A DNA stretch of 32,000 bases from Candidatus Saccharimonadota bacterium (GTDB lineage: Bacteria > Bacillota_I > Bacilli_A > Mycoplasmatales > Hepatoplasmataceae): assembly GCF_000582535.1 (NCBI RefSeq), contig NZ_CP006932.1, forward strand, positions 1 through 32,000, written 5' to 3'. The notes under the pieces were generated by a model. The model was not told the DNA's origin. It was given only the letters and a program-made list of their open reading frames with translations, and did no database searches. How positions within the stretch are numbered: the stretch's first letter is position 1; the number at the start of each line of letters is the position of its first letter. Of this stretch, positions 10,047-19,284 are shown one piece after another. A program made the translations under genes and the position numbers.

Positions 10047-12857
10047 TTAGATAGAATCAGTTCTTACTGTTGTAGGAGTAATAGATTGATAATAATCTTC
10101 ATAATTTATTGTACTTATTTCTATAAAGGTATATTCTGTATTAGGAATTAAATTATTTACTTTAAAAGTAAATTGATATTTTTCTGTTCCTTCGATACTT
10201 CCTTTTCCTATATATATTGCAGAATTTTCAATATAATCAGATTGATAATATTTATTTGAATCATCTTTTAAAAAAATTCCATTATAAGGATTGAAATTAT
10301 TAAAAGTAGGATTATTAATATTAGAATTATCTTTTAATTTTAAATTATCAATTTGAATTGAAAATTCAAAAGAATTTGAAGTAATTGAATTTTCAAATAT
10401 AACAAAAGAATCTGTAATTAATGAAATTTCACTATTTTCTGATGATTCAACTGTAATAGGTTCATCAAAATAAACTATTTCAGGGTTTTCTGTATAAAAT
10501 GGATTATCTAGAGATAAACCAGTAAAAATATATGTATTATTATTTTCTAAATTTAAACCATTTTGTTGGAAGATAAATTCATAATCATAATATCCAGCAA
10601 TACTACTATATCCAATTAAATTACTATCTAAATAAGTAGAATTGTAATAATTATTATTTTGATCAATTAATCAAATTCCATTATTTACATCATAATTTTC
10701 AAAACCTGTTTCATCAGCATTTGGTTTTAAATTATCAATTTCAACAGAATAATTAAAAGAATTATTTGTAATAGAATAATTAATTACACCAAATGAATTA
10801 GCAATTATTGAGGGATTTTGTGATTTTGTTATAAAAGTCATAGGATCTTGTTCTATTTTATATTTATAACTTCCATCTTCATAAAAATATTGAATTGAAG
10901 TAATTTGATAATTTGTATCTATACTTAAATTATTTAATTTGATTTTATAAGAATCATCTAAAGTTACTTTTTTATGATAAGTTGTATTTAAATCAAGATT
11001 TGTATAATTTATTTTTACTTGTCTTTGATCATTTGTATAATTATTAATATCAAAAGCTTCACCATTTTGTGTTAAATTTAAACTAATTGTTGCATCTGTA
11101 CTATTAATTATGCTTACTCAATAATCAGAAATTATGTAATCTGTTAAAATGGAATAATCTTCAATATTAATTTCATATCCATCAATAATTATTGAATCAA
11201 TTGTATATTCTTCTCCTCTTATAAAATCACCATCAATTCGATAATAATATGAATCTTCTTCAATATTTGATCTACCATCAATAAATGTAGTATTATAAAT
11301 TTTTCCATTATTATCTTTTATTTTAATTGACGGAATATCATTAATTACATTTAAAGCATCATTTAAATTTAATTGAACAAATAATTTATTATTTAAATAA
11401 TAAAATTGATAATTATTTAAAATATTAGGAATTGTAGAAAAAATTGCTTCAAATTCTAATAAATTATCATCGCTTGCATTTCCACCATTTCCTAATTGCC
11501 CATAAGCATCATTTCCTGCCATATACAATGTATCAGCAATACTGTCATTATTATAATCAATTAATATTCCTGAATGTCCATTTCCTAAACTGATATCAGT
11601 AATTTTTCCTTGTCATTGATCATTTTTAGGAGTTATCATAGTCGGGGTTAATAAATTTGTTATTGTTCCATTACCAAGTTGTCCATATTGATTATTTCCT
11701 CACATATAAAGTGTATCTGCATATTGTTCATTAATTTCTTCATTTGAATTTACAACAACTGATGAATAATTTCCACCTAATGATACATCATAAATGCTTC
11801 CTCCTCAATCATTATTTTCTGGTGTTATTATAGTTGGTGTAGAAACATCAATTTCTGTTCCATTTCCAATTTGTCCATATTGATTATTTCCTCACATATA
11901 AAGTGTATTATTTGTTCTAGCTGGATCTTCTAAATTTTCATTAATTAATAAACTAGAATCATCACCATTTAATTCAAAATCTATAAATGTTCCATTTCAA
12001 GTACCACTTTGTGGAACAACAATTATTGGAGTAGTAGAAAAACCACCTGTTGTTTCATTTCCGATTTGTCCATTACTGTTATTTCCTCACATATAAAGAA
12101 CATTACCATAACCATCATTTATAGAATCGGTGTCAATAGTAACTCCTGTATGATTGTATCCTAAATCAAGATCAACAATATTTCCACCTCAAGTACCACT
12201 TTCTGGATTTATAATTTGTGGACTTGGATAATAACCTGTTCCTGTTGTTCCGTTATTACCAATTTGACCATATTGGTTGCTTCCTCACATATAAAGTGTA
12301 TCTGCATATCCATCTAAATTTGTATCAATAGTAACTCCAGTATGATTATATCCCAAATCAAAATCAATAATATTTCCGCCTCAATTTGTTTGGTCTGTTG
12401 GAGTTATTATTTTTGGAGTAGTAGTATTTTTAATCGTTCCATCTCCAATTTCACCTTTAGAGTTATTTCCTCACATATATAGTGTATCTGCATATCCATC
12501 TAAATTAGTATCTACAGTTAAACCACTAGTGAGTCCATTTAATGAAAAATCAATAATATTTCCACCCCAATCATTTTGATTTTGTGGTAGTATTTTTATC
12601 GGATAAAATTGATTTATAGCTGTTGCATTTCCAATTTGTCCTTTATCATTTCTTCCTCACATATAAAGTGTATCTGCATATCCATTTTCATCTGTATCAA
12701 TTGTTATACCACTATGGAAATCTCCTGCTTCAAAATCTTTTAAAACAATTTTCTCTCCTAATTTTACATTTTCATTTAAATCTTTATAATTAGAACTATT
12801 ATATCCAAAAGCAATAACTATTGGAATAATAGTAATAGCACTAATAATTTTTTTCAT
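10047..12857 (-). CDS. Signal-anchored RCC1-like seven-bladed beta-propeller protein with C-terminal FN3-like beta-sandwich modules (936 aa), paralog A
   Basis: The minus frame was checked triplet by triplet. It has no TAA/TAG between ATG (12855-12857) and TAA (plus-strand tta 10047-10049), and many TGA=Trp codons. This joins track ORFs 12657..12857 and 11118..11528. N-terminus: 'MKKIISAITIIPIVIAFGYN'. Seven repeats carry 'YMWGxNxxGQ(I/L)GxG'. C-terminus: 'NSFEFSIQIDNLK...NNLIPNTEYTF'. Confidence 0.85.
11481..12752 (-). repeat. Seven in-frame tandem repeats of about 183-195 nt (RCC1-like blades) in paralog A
   Basis: The core 'cctcacatata[at]a[ag]tgtatctgcatatcc' (encoding GYADTLYMWG) recurs near 12654, 12470 and 12284. 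Degenerate copies lie near 12086, 11890, 11699 and 11520. Confidence 0.85.
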
Positions 12858-12868
12858 ATTCTTGATTT

Positions 12869-12922
12869 AAAAATTCTCTCTTTCTCAATTTTATTTAATC
12901 TTACATCCAAAAAAATTATATT
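12869..12922 (-). promoter_or_regulatory. Conserved promoter/5' leader of paralog A, duplicated upstream of paralog B
   Basis: On the minus strand it reads AATATAATTTTTTTGGATGTAAGATTAAATAAAATTGAGAAAGAGAGAATTTTT. It has a TATAAT (plus coordinates 12915-12920) and a purine-rich SD-like 'GAGAAAGAGAG'. Apart from one extra T it is identical to 15743-15796. Confidence 0.45.
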
Positions 12923-12937
12923 ACTTTTTTTTTAAGA

Positions 12938-15721
12938 TTACATTAATGTTTTTACTATTACATCATCTATATTTGTATAGTTATTATTAGTAACTATTTT
13001 AGCTTCTGTAAATGTATAAGTTGTGTTTGAATTTAAGCCATTAATTTGAAAAGTAAATTGATATTTTGATGTTCCTGTTGTTGTTCCGTTTCCAAGATAA
13101 ATTTCACTTTCTAAAATATAATCTGATCTAAATATTTGCCCCAAATTATTTTTTAAATATAATCCATTTTTTGGATTAAAATTACTAAAAATTGGATCAT
13201 TTAAATTAGATCCATTTTCTAATTTCAAATTATCAATTTGGATTACATAATTAAATGAATTAGAAGTAATTGAATTCTCAATTACTGAAATAGAATTAGC
13301 AATAATTAATGGTTCTTGTTCTCCAACTCCTGTTGTTGTTACAGAAATTAAGGAATTAAAATTATAAATTGTTGGATTTAATGTTTGTTCTAAATTATCA
13401 AGTGTGATACCAGTAAATAAATATGTAGTATTTGAATTTAATCCACTTTGATTAAAGACAAATTGGTAATTATAATATCCTTGATATTCACTATATCCAA
13501 TTTGTTGATAATCTAAATAAGTAGAATTATAAATATTATCATCATTATCAATTAATCAAATTCCATTATTTACATCATAATTTTCAAAACCTGTTTTATC
13601 AGCATTTGGTTTTAAATTATCGATTTCAACAGTATAATTAAAAGAATTATCATTAATTGAATAATCAATTACAGTAAAAGAATTAGATATTATTTTAGGA
13701 ATTGCTTCATTTGTTTTAAAATTTAAAGAATCTTGTTCTACCTTATATTTATAACTTCCATTTTCATAAAAATATTGGATTGAAGTAATTTGATAATTTG
13801 TATCTATATTTAAATTATTTAATTTAATTTTATAAGAATCATCTAAAGTTACTTTTTTATGATAAGTTGTATTTAAATCAAGATTTGTATAATTTATTTT
13901 TATTTGTCTTTGATCTTCGGTATATTTATCAAGAGAAAAATTCTCTCCGTTATTATTTAAATTTAAGCTAACGGTAGCTTCTGAAGAATTTACATTTGTT
14001 ATTTTAAAATCTGAAATTAAGTAATCAGTAGTAAATTGATAATTATTTATATTAAATTGATTTCCATTAATTATTAATGTATCAAATATATAAGTTTGTC
14101 CACGATCAAAATCATAATCTATTCGATAATAATATGAATCTTCTTCAATATTTGATCTACCATCAATAAAAGTTGTATTATAAATATTTCCATCTGAATC
14201 TATGATTTTTACTTCTATTGTTTCATCAATTGTTTCTAATACATCATTAAATTTCAATTCAATAAATATTTTTCCATTAATAGAATAAAATTGAAATGTA
14301 TTTAGTAAATTAGGAATAGTAGAAGCTATTGGAATAAAATAGATTTTCTTTGAATCTTTTGAATTGCCCCCATTTCCTAATTGTCCATAATTATCACTTC
14401 CACACATATATAATGTATCTGCAAAATTATCTTTATTATTATCAATAAGAACTCCAGTAAAATTTTGACCTGAAGAGACATCAATTATATTTCCATTTCA
14501 ATCCGATTCATTTTCCGGTGTAATAATTTTTGGATTTAAAATATTATTTTGAGTTCCATCACCAAGCTGTCCGTTATTATTGCCTCCTCACATATACAAT
14601 GTATCTGCAAAATTATCCTTATTATTATCTATGATAACGCTGCTATTATAATGTCCTAATGATAAATCAACAATATTTCCATTTCAATTCTCTTGATTTT
14701 GTGGAGTAATTGTAGTTGGATATCAAACATTTGGTCCTATTGTTCCATTTCCAATTTGTCCATTACCATTTGCTCCTCACATATATAATGTATTATAATT
14801 TTCACCTGAATTATTATCCACTACGATTCCGGTATGATTTCTTCCTAATGATAAATCAATAATATTTCCATCTCAATCATCTTGATTTTGTTGTCTTATA
14901 ATTGTAGGATAATATTTATCATTACTTGTACCATCACCAAGTTGTCCATACTGATTATCTCCTCACATATATAATGTATCTGCATATCCATCATAATTAG
15001 AATCTATAGTTGCTCCACTATGATAGATTCCAAAAGAGATATCATAAATTGCTCCATTCCAATTACCATTTTCTGGGGTTATTATTGTTGGATTTAAAAT
15101 ATTAGATCCACTTGATCCATTTCCAATTTGTCCACTATTATTATATCCTCACATATATAATGTATCTGCATAACCGTCATAATTAGTATCAATACTAACT
15201 CCACTATAATTATTACCTGCATCTAAATCTATAATATTTCCATTTCAATTATTTTGATTATTGGGTGTAATTTTTTTTGGTATATATGTATCCTTTGTTG
15301 TTCCATCACCAATTTCTCCATTTGAATTTCTTCCTCACATATATAATGTATCTGCATAACCATCATAATTAGTATCAACAGTAATTCCACTATGATCTCC
15401 ATTTAAAGAAATATCAATAATATTTCCATTTCAATTATCTTGTCCTTTTGGTGTAATTTTTATTGGATAATATTTGTTTATTGTTGTTCCATCACCTATC
15501 TGACCTTGATTATTATATCCTCACATATATAATGTATCTGCATAACCATCAAAATTTGTATCAATAGTTATACCACTATGATAATCTCCTACTTCAAAAT
15601 CCTTTAGAACAATTTTTTCTTCTATTTCTTTATTTTTATTTAATTTTTTATAATTTGAATTATTATATCCAAAAGCAAAAACTATTGGAATAATCGCAAT
15701 AGCGCTAATAATTTTTTTCAT
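12938..15721 (-). CDS. Signal-anchored RCC1-like seven-bladed beta-propeller protein with C-terminal FN3-like modules (927 aa), paralog B
   Basis: The minus frame was checked triplet by triplet from ATG (15719-15721) to TAA (plus-strand tta 12938-12940). This joins track ORFs 15521..15721, 13556..14407 and 12938..13228 through TGA=Trp. N-terminus: 'MKKIISAIAIIPIVFAFGYN'. It has seven 'YMWGxNxxGQ(I/L)GxG' blades, the last reading 'YMCGSDNYGQLGNGG'. Confidence 0.85.
14362..15616 (-). repeat. Seven in-frame tandem repeats (RCC1-like blades) in paralog B
   Basis: The core 'cctcacatatataatgtatctgcata' starts at 15518, 15333, 15147 and 14961, with variants at 14775, 14586 and 14402. The first four copies are nearly identical over about 46 nt. 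Confidence 0.85.
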
Positions 15722-15742
15722 TTTTTCTAATTTTTATAAATT

Positions 15743-15796
15743 AAAAATTTTCTCTTTCTCAATTTTATTTAATCTTACATCCAAAAAAATTATATT
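15743..15796 (-). promoter_or_regulatory. Conserved promoter/5' leader of paralog B
   Basis: Same sequence as 12869-12922. TATAAT lies at plus coordinates 15789-15794 on the minus strand. Confidence 0.45.
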
Positions 15797-15915
15797 CCTT
15801 TTAAATTTAAAATTTAAAATGTTTTAACTAGAATAAATTATTTATATTTTTAAAATATTATTAATTATTTTAATTTTATTTTTTAGAAAAAAATTATCTA
15901 AATTTTCCCTTTATA

Positions 15916-15945
15916 AATATATAATACTTTCAAGTATTATATATT
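15916..15945. promoter_or_regulatory. 13-bp perfect inverted repeat overlapping the putative -10 of the rsmA operon
   Basis: aatatataatact (15916-15928), loop ttca, agtattatatatt (15933-15945). It contains TATAAT at 15920-15925 and ends 20 nt before the TTG start at 15966. RBS 'gaggt' lies at 15955-15959. Confidence 0.3.
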
Positions 15946-15965
15946 GAATTTAATGAGGTAATCTA

Positions 15966-16766
15966 TTGCTAAAACCAAAAAAAAATCTTGGGCAAAACTT
16001 CTTGGTTGATAAAAATAAAATAAATGAAATTATTAATATTCTTCCAAATTTAAAAAACAAAACAGTAATTGAAATTGGTCCGGGAACAGGAAATCTTACA
16101 AATAAATTATTAGAAAATTCAAATAAAGTAATTGCAATTGAAATTGATGAGGATATGATTAATTTAATAAAAAATAATCAAATAATAAACAAAAGAAATT
16201 TAATTTTAATTCATAGCGATATTTTAAAAATTAATTTAAATAAATTAATTGTAAATGAAAATGATGTTTACTTAATTTCAAATCTACCTTATTATATTTC
16301 AACTAAGATAATATTTGAAATGTTTAAGTATCCTAAAATATCAATTTTTGCAATTATGTTACAAAAGGAATTGGTTGATCGAATATTTGCAAATTCTAAT
16401 ACAAAAAAATATGGAAGATTAACTATTGCAATAGGAAGTTTATTTTCACTTGAAAAAAAAATAAATGTTCCTAAAGAATGTTTTAAACCAATTCCGAAAG
16501 TAGATTCAGGATTCATTATTTTAAAAAGAAAAAAAATAAATTTTGATTATAATTTATTTCTTTTATTTATTAAAGATTGTTTTGCAAAAAAAAGGAAAAC
16601 TTTACTTAATTCTTTAAAAATTACAGAAAATCCTTATTTTGAATTTGTTAAACTATATTTAATTAGAAACAAATTTAAATTAAATATAAGAGCAGAACAA
16701 ATATTAATTGAAGATTATTTAAAAATATGGAAAGAAATTGAAAATGCAAAATTCAAAAATAAATAA
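15966..16766 (+). CDS. rsmA: 16S rRNA (adenine1518/1519-N6)-dimethyltransferase (266 aa)
   Basis: TTG start preceded by GAGGT. Motifs: N-terminal 'LGQNFLVD', SAM-binding 'EIGPGTGNLT', and 'SNLPYYIST'. Confidence 0.9.
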   Translation: MLKPKKNLGQNFLVDKNKINEIINILPNLKNKTVIEIGPGTGNLTNKLLENSNKVIAIEIDEDMINLIKNNQIINKRNLILIHSDILKINLNKLIVNENDVYLISNLPYYISTKIIFEMFKYPKISIFAIMLQKELVDRIFANSNTKKYGRLTIAIGSLFSLEKKINVPKECFKPIPKVDSGFIILKRKKINFDYNLFLLFIKDCFAKKRKTLLNSLKITENPYFEFVKLYLIRNKFKLNIRAEQILIEDYLKIWKEIENAKFKNK

Positions 16767-17730
16767 TTCAATCATTTTTGGATTATCAACATTAAAAAAA
16801 ATAGCAGAAGAAGTATCGGTAAAGACAAAAATAAAACTAGGAGATTCTGAAATTAAACATTTTAAGGATGGTGAAATTTATTTCGAATTAGAGACATCTG
16901 TACGAAATAAAAGAACATTTATTATTCAATCAACTTCGAATCCTGTAAATGAAAATTTAATGGAATTATTAATTTTTATTGATACATTAAGAAGATCATC
17001 AGCAAAAGAAATAAACTTAATTATTCCTTATTATGGTTACGCTAGACAAGATCGAAAAAATAATGGAAGACAACCAATTACTGCAGCACTTGTTGCTAGA
17101 CTTTTAGAAGAGGCTGGTGCTAGCAGAGTTATTTGCTTTGATTTACATTCTCCACAAATTCAAGGTTTTTTTAGAATTCCTGTTGATGATTTAAGAGCTT
17201 ATGGACTTTTAGCAAGGGAAATAAAAAAAGAAAAAATAGAAAATTTAATTATTATTTCTCCTGATCATGGGGGAGTTTCTCGAGCAAGAAGTCTTGCTAA
17301 AATTCTTGATTCTGAAATAGCAATTATAGATAAAAGAAGAATAAAAGCAAATGAAGCTATTGTTGGTAATTTAATAGGAAATGTAAAAGGTAAAAATTGT
17401 GTAATTGTAGATGATATTATAGATACTGGAGGAACAATTATAGAAGGTATTAAAATTCTTAAAAAAAACGGAGCAAATAATATTTATGTTGCTGCTACAC
17501 ATAGTTTATTTTCTAGATCAAAAGATGAAGATTATGATATTGTTTGAAAAAAAATAAAAGAAGCAGGAGCAAAAATGATTATTACAACAAATTCAATAAA
17601 TAATCATTCAAAAGATAAATTTTTAAAAATAATAAATCTTGCAACTCCAATTGCAGATGTTATTTTAAAACATATTAATGATCAATCAATTATTGATCAT
17701 TTTATTAAGAAATATAATACTGTTATTTAA
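16744..17730 (+). CDS. prs: Ribose-phosphate pyrophosphokinase (328 aa)
   Basis: 'YYGYARQDRK', 'DLHSPQIQGFF' and the PRPP loop 'VDDIIDTGGT'. The frame extends through TGA 17545 to TAA 17728-17730. I preferred ATG 16744 to the track's TTG 16738. It overlaps the end of rsmA by 23 nt. Confidence 0.9.
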
Positions 17731-17743
17731 TTATTTTATAAAT

Positions 17744-18319
17744 ATGAAATTAATTGTTGGGTTAGGTAATCCAGGAAGTAAATATAAAAATACAAGGCAT
17801 AATCTTGGATTTATGATTATAGATTATTTTTTAGAAAAAAATAATCTTATTCTTGATAAAAAAAAATTTAATGGTTGTTATTTAATTTCTAATTTTAATA
17901 ATGAAAAATATATAATTGCAAAACCGCAAACTTATATGAATTTATCAGGAGAATTTGTAACCAAAATATCTTCTTATTATAAAATTAAACCAGAAGATAT
18001 TTTGGTTATTTCAGATGACAAAGATCAAAATTTAGCGAATTTTAAACTTAAAAATAATGGTTCTTCAGGTGGACATAATGGCATTAAAAATATTATTTTA
18101 AATTTAAATACAGAAAATTTTAATCGCTTGAAAATAGGAATTGGTCCTTTTTTAAAAGAATATAATCTTATAAATTATGTTCTAGGAAATTTTTCTTTAA
18201 AAGAATTAGAAATTTTAAAAGAAAAATTTTCTTTATATTTAAAAATAATAGAAGATTATTTAAAAATTGATTTTAAGGAATTACAAGAAAAATATAATGG
18301 TAAAAAATATCAAAAATAA
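17744..18319 (+). CDS. pth: Peptidyl-tRNA hydrolase (191 aa)
   Basis: ATG 17744 gives the canonical N-terminus 'MKLIVGLGNPG...TRHNLGF'. The track start at 17678 is an alternative codon inside prs. Confidence 0.9.
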   Translation: MKLIVGLGNPGSKYKNTRHNLGFMIIDYFLEKNNLILDKKKFNGCYLISNFNNEKYIIAKPQTYMNLSGEFVTKISSYYKIKPEDILVISDDKDQNLANFKLKNNGSSGGHNGIKNIILNLNTENFNRLKIGIGPFLKEYNLINYVLGNFSLKELEILKEKFSLYLKIIEDYLKIDFKELQEKYNGKKYQK

Positions 18320-19235
18320 AAATATTATTGTTGCTGTTTCGGGAGGACCTGATTCAATTTTTTTGTTATCTAAATTAGTAAAAAAAAAATACAAAATAAT
18401 TGTAGCTCATGTTAATTATCATTTTCGCAAAGAATCAAATCAAGAAGAAGAATTAGTAAAAAAGATTTGTAATGAGAATTCATTTATTTTTGAAAGATTA
18501 TCTGTTGATAAAAAAATTGAAAAAATTTATTCAAAAATTAATAATAATCAAGAAGCTTATGCAAGATTAATTAGATATGATTTTTTTAAAGAAATTGCTA
18601 AAAAATACCAAACTAATTATTTATTTTTAGGACATCATAAAGATGATTTTTTGGAGACAGCAATAATGCAAGAAAAAAGATCAAATAAATATCTCTTTTA
18701 TGGAATTAATAAAAAAAATTATTATCAAAACCTAATTTTAATTAGACCGTTTATTAATAAATATTGAAAAGAAGAAATTATTGAGAAATTAAACAAAGCA
18801 AAAATTGATTATAAAATTGATAAATCAAATTTTAGTGATAAATATTTAAGAAATCAGATTAGAAAAAAATTATTTTTATTAAATTTAAAAGAAAAAGAAA
18901 AAATGCTTGATTATTATAAAAAAATAAATTCAGCAAATGAAAGAAAAAGAAAAAAAATTGATAAGATTTTTAAAAATTGAAGAATTAAAGATTATGACGT
19001 TGATTTTTTTAATAATCAAAAAGATTTATTAAAAGAAAATTTAATTTATAAATATCTTTCAACACAATTTATTGATGAAAATATATCAATCAATAATAAT
19101 AAAATAAAAGCAATAATTTTATTTATTAAAAATAAAAGAGGAAATAAAAATTATCGATTAAAAGAAAATTTATTTTTAAAAATAAAAAACCAAAAATTAA
19201 TTTTTTTGAAAGATAATTTTAAAATTAATAATTAA
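18297..19235 (+). CDS. tilS: tRNA(Ile)-lysidine synthase (312 aa)
   Basis: PP-loop 'VAVSGGPDS' and 'LGHHKDDFLET'. The frame was checked through TGA 18765 and 18978 to TAA 19233-19235. It overlaps the end of pth by 23 nt. Confidence 0.85.
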
Positions 19236-19284
19236 TTTAATATAATTAATTTTATATTTACTATAAATTGTATACATTTTAAAT

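Noticed and set aside
11481-15616. Regularly spaced conserved cores of about 28 nt with a period of about 186 nt, superficially CRISPR-like or satellite-like.
   Set aside because: The period is far longer than a CRISPR repeat-spacer unit. The repeats are in frame inside two long ORFs and encode the conserved GYADTLYMWG blade junction of a protein repeat.
7362-15965. The accessory block as an integrated mobile element, prophage or ICE.
   Set aside because: I recognised no integrase, transposase, phage gene, tRNA target or flanking direct or inverted repeats. Only the atypical gene content sets it apart.
17678-17743. Upstream alternative starts proposed by the ORF track: pth at 17678, prs at TTG 16738, tilS at 18267, and the ABC ATPase at TTG 25860.
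   Set aside because: The downstream ATGs (17744, 16744, 18297, 25881) give canonical N-termini, such as MKLIVGLGNPG for Pth. They also avoid long overlaps with the preceding gene. The longer versions add implausible hydrophobic or low-complexity leaders.
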